Shown piece by piece: positions 55,314 through 62,925 of a DNA stretch of 64,000 nt. The position numbers and the translations under genes were made by a program. The notes under the pieces are model-generated. The model had not been told where the DNA came from and did no database searches. It saw only the letters and a list, made by a program, of their open reading frames with translations. Within the stretch, counting starts at the first letter, position 1. Each line of letters starts with the position of its first letter. The DNA comes from Terriglobia bacterium (GTDB lineage: Bacteria > Acidobacteriota > Terriglobia > Terriglobales > Acidobacteriaceae). Location of the stretch: NCBI GenBank assembly GCA_963733545.1, contig CAVTDQ010000002.1:139565-203564 (forward strand), in the 5' to 3' direction.

Positions 55314-58046
55314 TCAATCTGAAGGCACCGAAACCGTCGCCGATACGTTGCTGATGACGGTGTTTTCATAGGAGCCGCCCGTGGAAGCGGTGATAAAGAG
55401 ATACGCAACCGGCGGCGGAACAACCGGTCCGGAAAAAAGTTGAACCCCGTCCATGGTGACCGTCATTTGCCCGTCCGCGATGGAATAGGTATAGCTATGC
55501 GTGATCGGCATGCTGGCGGAAACCACCGCAGGAATCGTCTTGTTCACGTCGAACCAGGGCTTCTCAAAGAGCGCAGTTTCACCTCTGCCCACGGCAATGT
55601 AGGGGACTGCCGGATCGCCGGCGTTGTGATAGGTGTCCAGAGCGAACATCAGCCCGGGAATTCCTTCCGCTCCGAGGCCCATCCCGGTAGCGCCCAAGCT
55701 TGTGGGCGTGGCGCCAAGAGATGGATCGGCCAGCAACACAGTGAAGCCGTCGGCGGGTAGAGCGCTGGGATTGCTGAGGGTTACAGTAAAGTTGATCTGG
55801 ATGTTGCCGGTAGAAATGAGCGTCGGCCAGACAATTTCGCCGTGCTTGGTGTTTGCGGCGGGAACCAGTTGGAAGCTGCAACCGGGTTGAGCGACGGCAT
55901 CGCCGATAGCGGACCAGTTAGCGTTGCAAAGATCGGGAACGCCCGCCAGTGGTCCGACGAAGAGCGCGGCTGCGCTGCTGACAACTGAGGAAGTCACGCC
56001 GTTGCTCACCACCACATGGAAGACGTCGCCGTTATCAGTCCCGGCAGCAGAAGGCAGCGTGTAGGTCGAATCGGTGGCTCCAGCAATCGCAATAAAAGTA
56101 GAACTGCCGGGAGCGGCTTCATACCACTGATAGGTCAGAGGCAAAGACGAAACCGCTGTCACTTGATATGTGGCCGGTGCACCGACGTCAACGTACTGGG
56201 TTACTGGCTGTCCAGTGATTTGCAACAGAATGCCATTGCCCACAGCCAGTGAGGCGCGCTGCGATACGGCCTGGCCGTAGGGGTTGGTGACAACGGCGTA
56301 GTAAGAATCCTGATCGTTTGTGGTCGTGGTCGACGTAGCCGGAACGTTATAAGTGGCGGAGGTTGCGCCGGCGATGGCGGTGCCGGTCGTTTGCCCCGCA
56401 GGAACCAGGTACCACTGATAGGAGAGTGCCGGCGTCCCAGACGCCGTGACCGTGAACGAGGTTGTCCCGCCCGCAGCGACAGATTGGCCCACAGGTTGAG
56501 TAATGATGGTCGGCGGTACGTTGCCGGCGGTGACAGAGAGGCTGGCGTCGTTACTGGTCAGGGTGCCGCAAGTATCAGTTACGGTGGCGTAATATTGCGA
56601 TCCATCGTAGGAAACATCCACGGGAGGGGTGGTGTAGTCAGGAGAAGTCGCCCCGGAGATGGCAACCCCCACCGTGCCTCCCGATGGGATTTGATACCAC
56701 TGATATGCCAGCGGGCCAACACCCTGCCCGCCAACGGAGAAAGCGGCGACTTGCGTGGGATGCAGGGATCGGCTCACAGGATTCGAAGTGATGGAAGATC
56801 CCACGGCGACCGTGGCAACATTGGAAGTGACACTACTGACGCCGTTAGTTACGGTGACGGAATAATTTCCAGCATTCGCGGAATTCGCGGAAGCCACGGA
56901 GTAGGTAGAACTGGTGGCGCCGGGAATCGCAGTGCCGTTCAACTTCCATTGGTAGCTGGTGGCGTAGGATGCGGAAACGGAAAGCAAAAGTGTGCTGCTG
57001 GAGCAGATGTGCTGGCTTTGAGGTTGAGTGTTGATGACCGGGGCGCTGATGGTGATGGTGGTTGTAACCGAAACCGATGGTTCGTCCACGCTGGTGGCGG
57101 TGATGGTATAGGTACCCGCAGTAGTCGGAGCAGTCCACACATTGCCGGTGAAAGTTCCGCCGGTGGCACTCCACATCAGATTGTTGGTCGCGCCGCCGGT
57201 TGCCGTGGCCGAAAATGGAATCTGCCCGGGAGCGAGAGTTTGATTGCCCGGAGAGATGGAAGAAATCGATACCGCGCCTGGAGTAACCAGGCAAGTGGCA
57301 GAGACAACATTACCTTTGGAATCGGTTACCGTCAGCGTAAAGGTTGTAGCTGATGTTAAAAGATGCGTTGGATAGGAACTGCCGCTGACCGCAGAATTTG
57401 TGATGTCGGAACTTCCGACGCCGGTGGAACCGATGACGGCCGTGCCGCCGGAAAAAGTGGGAACCAGAAATACGGACGAGTTATAAGGAGGAGTTGCTGC
57501 ACTCGGGTGAAGGCTTCCGGCTAGCGAGGTGGAACTTTGGACCGTTAGAGTTGCAGGGGCGCTCGTAACCGAACCCGTCGAGTCCGTCACTGTAACAGTA
57601 AAGATTGAACCTGTATCGCCAGCGATAGTGGCCGGAGTGGTGTACGAACTCGAAGTAGCACCGTTAATGGCGACTCCATTTTTCAACCACTGATAGGTAA
57701 CGGCGCCGGTTCCTGTGGCCGAGACACTGAACGTTGCCGTCTGGCCGAGAGGAACTGTAGTATTCGCCGGGCGCGTGACGATTAGACTTGCGGGCCTGGA
57801 GCCTTGAAAGCCGCCGGAACATCCTATGAGATTCAGAAGGCTGACGGTCACAACCACAACAACCAGGGCTTGAAGAGATTTCCTGAGCAGCAATACCGCC
57901 GCGCATGAATGCGCAAGCCTTCGGCTACCGTCGCGCTGTGCGGCACCAAGCTTTTCCGCCCGCTTTCGGTTCGAAGCTCGATCGTCGGCGACCACGATGG
58001 TTCCGATGACGGCCTGATATGGGTGATGCAACATCTTCATATCCAT
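55314..58046 (-). CDS. Large surface lipoprotein with multiple Ig-like repeats and a C-terminal legume-lectin / concanavalin-like domain. The start is uncertain (alternative TTG 57893).
   Basis: Lipobox LLNLIGCSGG. At least five repeats carry YQW..NG/..I.GATS..Y (for example VTYQWLKNGVAINGATSSSYT and LSYQWYLVPAGQTTGTAIAGATSATYN). The C-terminal block ADGFTVLLAD...GLGAEGIPGLMFALDTYHN resembles legB-type lectin domains. Confidence 0.8.
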   Translation of the reverse strand: MDMKMLHHPYQAVIGTIVVADDRASNRKRAEKLGAAQRDGSRRLAHSCAAVLLLRKSLQALVVVVVTVSLLNLIGCSGGFQGSRPASLIVTRPANTTVPLGQTATFSVSATGTGAVTYQWLKNGVAINGATSSSYTTPATIAGDTGSIFTVTVTDSTGSVTSAPATLTVQSSTSLAGSLHPSAATPPYNSSVFLVPTFSGGTAVIGSTGVGSSDITNSAVSGSSYPTHLLTSATTFTLTVTDSKGNVVSATCLVTPGAVSISSISPGNQTLAPGQIPFSATATGGATNNLMWSATGGTFTGNVWTAPTTAGTYTITATSVDEPSVSVTTTITISAPVINTQPQSQHICSSSTLLLSVSASYATSYQWKLNGTAIPGATSSTYSVASANSANAGNYSVTVTNGVSSVTSNVATVAVGSSITSNPVSRSLHPTQVAAFSVGGQGVGPLAYQWYQIPSGGTVGVAISGATSPDYTTPPVDVSYDGSQYYATVTDTCGTLTSNDASLSVTAGNVPPTIITQPVGQSVAAGGTTSFTVTASGTPALSYQWYLVPAGQTTGTAIAGATSATYNVPATSTTTTNDQDSYYAVVTNPYGQAVSQRASLAVGNGILLQITGQPVTQYVDVGAPATYQVTAVSSLPLTYQWYEAAPGSSTFIAIAGATDSTYTLPSAAGTDNGDVFHVVVSNGVTSSVVSSAAALFVGPLAGVPDLCNANWSAIGDAVAQPGCSFQLVPAANTKHGEIVWPTLISTGNIQINFTVTLSNPSALPADGFTVLLADPSLGATPTSLGATGMGLGAEGIPGLMFALDTYHNAGDPAVPYIAVGRGETALFEKPWFDVNKTIPAVVSASMPITHSYTYSIADGQMTVTMDGVQLFSGPVVPPPVAYLFITASTGGSYENTVISNVSATVSVPSD

Positions 58047-58262
58047 TCATTTCCACGGTATTGCCGTTAGCATGGCATGGGAAGAAAGGGCAAAGCTAAT
58101 TACTCAAGTCATGGGCTCCGGCTCATTGTGGAGCTGGTGCGGATTCGGGCCACGCATTCGGAGGGTGATACACGAGCGGGCTAATCAGCGATGCGATTGA
58201 AAAGTTTGAGGTGGGATCTCAAGCGAACCAGGATCGAAACCGCGGCTAAGCCCGGCGGAGCT

Positions 58263-59753
58263 TTAGAATTTTTCCAGCGACGAAACCGCGTTGGCTGCCC
58301 ACAAATGTTGCGCTGCGTAGGCCCGCCAAGGGCGCCAGGATTCCGCACGATGGAGCAGGCTGATTGGGGTTGCCGGCACACCATCAACCCTGGCTGCACC
58401 GCGAAGTAATCCGATATCCGACGCAGGAAACGCATCCATTTCGCGGATCGCGCGCAGGGCGATGTATTGCGCGGTCCAATCGCCGATGCCAGGAATGGCG
58501 CGCAGCCGATCGATTGCTTCTTCAATCGTGCCGAATGGGCGAAACAAATTGGGATCGGCGTTGGCGGCTATGGCCAGGGCTTTCAGAGATTTCAACCGCG
58601 CTCCGGGCATACCCAATGCTATCGACCGGACCGAGGCAAGACGCTTTGACGTGGGAAATGTATGGGTCAAGCCGGGATAATTTTCGCTACCGCGCGGCAA
58701 CGGCCGGCCGTGAAGAGCCACCAGTTGTCCGGCGAGCCGTCGCGCCGCAGCTACACTGATCTGTTGCCCAAGAATCGCACGTACCGCCAGTTCAAACCCG
58801 TCCCAACCTCCGGGGGCGCGAAGCCCGGGACGTTTGGCGATCCAGGGAGCGAGGCGCGAGTCATTCGAAAGATGCGCGTCTATGGTTTCGATATCCGCGC
58901 CAACGTCGAACAGCCGCCGCACCCTAGTCACGATCGCCGGCAAAGAATGCACGTTGGGAAAGTGGATGGTCACGCTCAAACTGTTTTTCTTCGGCAGATG
59001 CTCAACCGCAACGCTGCCAACCGAACCTTCTATCTCAACCGTCCTTCGATAGCAGCCCTCCTCCACCACTTCCACGCCGGAAATGGCGCGCGCCTTCAGG
59101 AAACTCAATATCGATTCCCAGTCGTAGGGCGGACGATATCGCACCCGGAGCGTAATTCCCTCCTTAGCGCCGGGCCGGCGTACAGAAGACTTTCGCCGCA
59201 GGGTACTGGGCGGCCGATGGAAAAGATTTCGAAACACTTCGTTGAAGCGGCGCAGACTGTTGAAACCGGAAGCCAACGCGACTTCCGTCATAGGCATGCG
59301 AGTTTCGTGGATGAGATTTTTTGCAAATAACACCCGCTGCGTCTGCGCCACGACGATTGGCGATGCTCCCAGGTGCTGAAAAAATAATCTCCGCAGCTGG
59401 CGTTCCCCGATCCCCAGGCGTTCAGCGAGTGCATTCACACTCTTGCCCTCGCCATCCAACGCACCATCGGCGATGAGCGCGAGAGCGCGAGAAACGGTGT
59501 TGGATGTGCCTCGCCAGGATGCCAGCTCAGGCGCAGTCTCGGGTCGGCAACGGAGGCAGGGCCGGTATCCTGCCTGCTGCGCGGCCGCTGCCGATCCGTA
59601 AAATGTGCAGTTCTCGTATTTTGCGGTGCGGGCAGGGCAAACAGGACGGCAATAGATGCCCGTAGACTTGACCCCAACGAACATCAGACCATCGAAACGG
59701 GTATCGCGGCTTTGCAAAGCTCGATAACAGGTTCGCTTGTCAGGCAATTCCAT
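58263..59753 (-). CDS. Ada N-terminal zinc domain, AraC-type HTH and AlkA (DNA-3-methyladenine glycosylase II) fusion
   Basis: Ada Zn domain: RFDGLMFVGVKSTGIYCRPVCPAR...CLRC. AraC-type HTH: LAERLGIGERQLRRLF. AlkA_N plus HhH-GPD: LRAIPGIGDWTAQYIALRA. Confidence 0.9.
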   Translation of the reverse strand: MELPDKRTCYRALQSRDTRFDGLMFVGVKSTGIYCRPVCPARTAKYENCTFYGSAAAAQQAGYRPCLRCRPETAPELASWRGTSNTVSRALALIADGALDGEGKSVNALAERLGIGERQLRRLFFQHLGASPIVVAQTQRVLFAKNLIHETRMPMTEVALASGFNSLRRFNEVFRNLFHRPPSTLRRKSSVRRPGAKEGITLRVRYRPPYDWESILSFLKARAISGVEVVEEGCYRRTVEIEGSVGSVAVEHLPKKNSLSVTIHFPNVHSLPAIVTRVRRLFDVGADIETIDAHLSNDSRLAPWIAKRPGLRAPGGWDGFELAVRAILGQQISVAAARRLAGQLVALHGRPLPRGSENYPGLTHTFPTSKRLASVRSIALGMPGARLKSLKALAIAANADPNLFRPFGTIEEAIDRLRAIPGIGDWTAQYIALRAIREMDAFPASDIGLLRGAARVDGVPATPISLLHRAESWRPWRAYAAQHLWAANAVSSLEKF

Positions 59754-59833
59754 GATCGAAGTATTTCATCATGACAGACCCGTGACTAGCGGTTTTCGGA
59801 CATGGACAAGATGGCCCTCACTTCCCTTCTTAC

Positions 59834-62248
59834 TTATTTCCACCACCGGTCTTCCCCGCCGATGGTGAATTTGATTCCGCTTCGAATGGTGAAGGGCAAC
59901 CCGGGGAATCCCGCAACGGCGGAATAATGCTGACTGAAAAGATTTTCGACGCTCGTGTACAGGGAAAGGTAGCGCTTGACCGCATAGCTGGCGCTTAAAT
60001 CGAATTTCTGGTAACCGGCGTCCAAATTTCGATTTGGCAGCAACAGAGTATTTCCAAAAAACCCGTCAGACAGAAACGTGCTGTCGTCGCGGCGTCCCAC
60101 CAGATATCCAGTAAAGGATCCATTAAATTTCCTGTGATTGTAGAAAAGAGCCAGGCTGCCGGAGTGCGGAGCCCGGCGGAAAGGTCGAGCGCCTTCGAGA
60201 GGTGAAAACGCGCCAATCGGGATGGCCGGAAACGCGGGATTGAAGGCTGGATCCCCGAATGCCCGGGTGACGACACCGTCAAGATAAGTGTATTGCCCCT
60301 GGAACAGCAGCCCGTGTCCGAGATCAGTTTTGTACTCGACCTCCATACCTTTCGTGTGTTCCGACGTCGCGTTCACGTAGGCGCCACCAATCGGCGTGCT
60401 ATTCGCCACATCGGGCGGGACCCCAATCGAGATCAGGGCGGCGGGGTTGAGAAACGCAATCAGGTCGTAAAATTTATTGTAGAAAAACGTCACCCCTAAC
60501 AGCGACCGGCCATTCCATAGCTTCTGGTCGATGCCGAAGTCGAAGGTTTGGCTTCTCTCAGGTCCGATCGCACGTACGTTGAACTGCGTGACTTGATCTG
60601 GAGTCAGCAGGCTGATGAGCGCCGAACTTTGTTGAAACGTACTTGCCTCTTTGATTCCCTGTCCAAAATTGAATTTCAATTTGGTATCACCGATCAAGCC
60701 GGTGTTGGTGGGCAGACGCAAATAATAGGCCGCCGACACTCGCGGAGTTGCCGCAAATCCGAAAAACGAATTATGCTCCAGGCCCACGCCGAATGTGGTG
60801 AAGAGGCGATGAGCGATACTCCCGTGGCCTTCCAGGGACGTGCTGTAATTGTCCCTGCTGATTCCTTCACCGTTTTCGTGCTCATAGCGGAAGCCGAAGA
60901 CGCCCGTCCAATCGCGAAAGAAGTTGTAATCCGATTGCGCGTAGATGGAACGGCGCGCTTCGTAGTCCGGCGACACCTGAGGATAGACTCCGCCGAAATC
61001 CAAAATTCCCTGACCGGAGACACTGAAGCCATTGGCACCATGAATCGTCACCTTCTTGCCCAGATAATTCGGCCCAAAACCAAACGGATCGAATGGCTCT
61101 CCCGTCGGGGATGGGTTGTCAAACACTGAATCGAATTGGGCGAACGCGAATTGAACCGAATTGTGCCAGCGGGTAGTGGTCTGGTTCTGGGCGGTCGCAC
61201 CAACATAAGTATCCTGGTTCGTCGAAAACGAGTTGTCGGGGATTCCGTAAAACTGCAAAGCATTTGGATTGCCGGCGCCGGTGGCGAAATGACGGACGGT
61301 GGCCCGGATCCCCGTGTTCGGGTTGACCTGCCATCCCAGGTTGGCGCTGACCGTGGTGTTGTGAAAGTAATCGTTGGGAAAGCTTCCCTGGGTATCGAAG
61401 CGGGAAAACTCAGAAAAATAATCAAACGCATGAAAAGCTCCGGCCAATGAAACCGCCTGATTCAGCGTACCGAAATTTCCTCCATCCACTGAATATTTCA
61501 GCTCCGGAATCAGCGTGGCGCCCCGTTCCGAACTCACGTTCACCACTCCACTCAGGGCGTCGCTTCCGTAGAGAACACTGTTTGAGCCTCGCAGGATTTC
61601 CAGGTTCCCCACGCCGGTATTCGACAGTCGGGCGAAATCAAATCCTCCACCGATTTGATTTACCGGAATTCCATCGACCAAGATCTTGTTGAAGTCTGAT
61701 TCACCTCCGCGGATAAACAAACCGCCGGCCCCGCCCCGCTGTCCTGTCTGTACAATCTGCGCCCCCGGAACCAGTCGCAGATTCTCGAGAACGTCGAGTT
61801 TGTTCAGGACCTGCATCTGCTGGGAATCGATGACGGTAATGGAAGCGCCCACCTGAGTGTCGGGGACCGCGGTTCCGGTTGCTGAAACCACGATCTGCTG
61901 GACCAGGGGGCCGATCTTAAGGGAGATCGCAAGGTCGGTTATTTTGCCCGGCGCGATGAAGACCGAAGACACGGTCTGCGAGGCGAAACCAGGAGCTTCG
62001 ATCTGGACGGTGTAACGGCCGCCCTCGGGAACGATCAGCTCAAACGCTCCGTTCGTTTCCGATTTTCCCTCGACGATTTGCATGCCGTCTTTAAGAACGA
62101 CGGCATTGGCATTCACCACCACATGTCCGAGTGGGTCGTGTACGGTGCCTCGCAGTGTCGTGTTTGATTGTGCGCTCGTTAGCGCAGCGGATAAAACCAG
62201 GCTAATGCAGACTATGAATCTGGATGCTCTAAACGAAATGGCGACCAT
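59834..62248 (-). CDS. TonB-dependent receptor with a carboxypeptidase-regulatory-like N-terminal domain (probable corrinoid receptor, BtuB-like by context)
   Basis: ATG at 62248 has AAGGAG 6 nt upstream (the longest ORF starts at 62281). Signal peptide MVAISFRASRFIVCISLVLSAALTSAQ. CarboxypepD_reg-like TLRGTVHDPLGHVV. Plug block LFIRGGESDFNKILVDGIPVN. The rest is a long beta-barrel. Confidence 0.9.
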   Translation of the reverse strand: MVAISFRASRFIVCISLVLSAALTSAQSNTTLRGTVHDPLGHVVVNANAVVLKDGMQIVEGKSETNGAFELIVPEGGRYTVQIEAPGFASQTVSSVFIAPGKITDLAISLKIGPLVQQIVVSATGTAVPDTQVGASITVIDSQQMQVLNKLDVLENLRLVPGAQIVQTGQRGGAGGLFIRGGESDFNKILVDGIPVNQIGGGFDFARLSNTGVGNLEILRGSNSVLYGSDALSGVVNVSSERGATLIPELKYSVDGGNFGTLNQAVSLAGAFHAFDYFSEFSRFDTQGSFPNDYFHNTTVSANLGWQVNPNTGIRATVRHFATGAGNPNALQFYGIPDNSFSTNQDTYVGATAQNQTTTRWHNSVQFAFAQFDSVFDNPSPTGEPFDPFGFGPNYLGKKVTIHGANGFSVSGQGILDFGGVYPQVSPDYEARRSIYAQSDYNFFRDWTGVFGFRYEHENGEGISRDNYSTSLEGHGSIAHRLFTTFGVGLEHNSFFGFAATPRVSAAYYLRLPTNTGLIGDTKLKFNFGQGIKEASTFQQSSALISLLTPDQVTQFNVRAIGPERSQTFDFGIDQKLWNGRSLLGVTFFYNKFYDLIAFLNPAALISIGVPPDVANSTPIGGAYVNATSEHTKGMEVEYKTDLGHGLLFQGQYTYLDGVVTRAFGDPAFNPAFPAIPIGAFSPLEGARPFRRAPHSGSLALFYNHRKFNGSFTGYLVGRRDDSTFLSDGFFGNTLLLPNRNLDAGYQKFDLSASYAVKRYLSLYTSVENLFSQHYSAVAGFPGLPFTIRSGIKFTIGGEDRWWK

Positions 62249-62285
62249 CGACGTCTCCTTTTTCCCAGAAAGAGTGACCATCAGC

Positions 62286-62441
62286 CTGGTGGAACCGGTC
62301 TCCTGACTTGCGACGCACTACTCCGATTGCGCCTTCCCGCCCCTTGCAGGGCAGTGGCATTGTGCAATCGGTAAAACTCGTCGCTTACAGTTGCTGGACA
62401 GTGGCGGCTTCTCACCGCACTTCCCGTGCATTCCACCAGTA
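62286..62441 (-). promoter_or_regulatory. Cobalamin riboswitch-like aptamer, promoter-distant (proximal to the receptor gene)
   Basis: The minus strand reads CTGGTGGAATGCACGGGAAGTGCGGTGAGAAGCCGCCACTGTCCAGCAACTGTAAGCG...GCCACTGCC...GGGAAGGCG...GCAAGTCAGGAGACCGGTTCCACCAG. P1 is CTGGTGGAA/TTCCACCAG. The B12-box is AGTCAGGAGACC. Confidence 0.8.
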
Positions 62442-62659
62442 TTGTTTGTTGCCGTGTCCTCGGTCGAAACCAATTTCTACGGCGACACTTTCGCGTTCTG
62501 AATTTAAAATGGGCTCCCGATTCGCATCGAATCCTGGGCGAGCAAAATATTCATGCCGCGGCAAGAAGTGGAATACCCTCTAGGCCACGACACGAAGGCT
62601 TTTTGATTCGCAAATTACAAGAATCGTCATCGCAGCTCCCTTCGAGCTCGATTCGGACC

Positions 62660-62815
62660 GGGGTGAACTCTGTCGGTCTCCTGACTTGCGGTTCATCGAA
62701 CCGAAGCTGCCTTCCCAGCGCTGCCGCACCAGTGGCTTGTTTGCTTCGCTCCTCACCGCTTACAGTGGCGGGGCCGTGCCGGATTTTCACCGGCTTCCCT
62801 TGTACACAGAGTCCC
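62660..62815 (-). promoter_or_regulatory. Cobalamin riboswitch-like aptamer, promoter-proximal (distal from the receptor gene)
   Basis: The minus strand reads GGGACTCTGTGTACAAGGGAAGCCGGTGAAAATCCGGCACGGCCCCGCCACTGTAAGCGGTGAG...GCCACTGG...GGGAAGGCAG...GCAAGTCAGGAGACCGACAGAGTTCACCCC. This is a near-consensus core with B12-box and P1 CTCTGT/ACAGAG. Confidence 0.85.
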
Positions 62816-62819
62816 AGAT

Positions 62820-62848
62820 GTTATACGGCAGTTTATAAAATCTCGCAA
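62820..62848 (-). promoter_or_regulatory. Candidate sigma70-type promoter driving the riboswitch leader
   Basis: On the minus strand, TTGCGA (62848-62843), a 17-nt spacer and TATAAC (62825-62820). It ends 5 nt before the first aptamer. Confidence 0.45.
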
Positions 62849-62925
62849 CTGCGTCATCGACGATGCGAGCGCCGCACTAGTTCGACACTGCGATACACTT
62901 CCCAGTATCACGACGAAAGGAAGAC

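Noticed and set aside
58181-58525. 114-aa minus-strand ORF overlapping the 3' end of the Ada-AlkA gene, checked as a possible ogt
   Set aside because: It lacks the PCHRV methyltransferase motif, overlaps the AlkA C-terminus in another frame, and has low-complexity composition.
62580-62630. 16-codon mini-ORF (MTILVICESKSLRVVA) with GGGAG upstream, in the spacer between the two B12 aptamers, considered as a leader peptide
   Set aside because: It is too short to evaluate from sequence alone, and no conservation data are available. I mention it only as context in the riboswitch finding.
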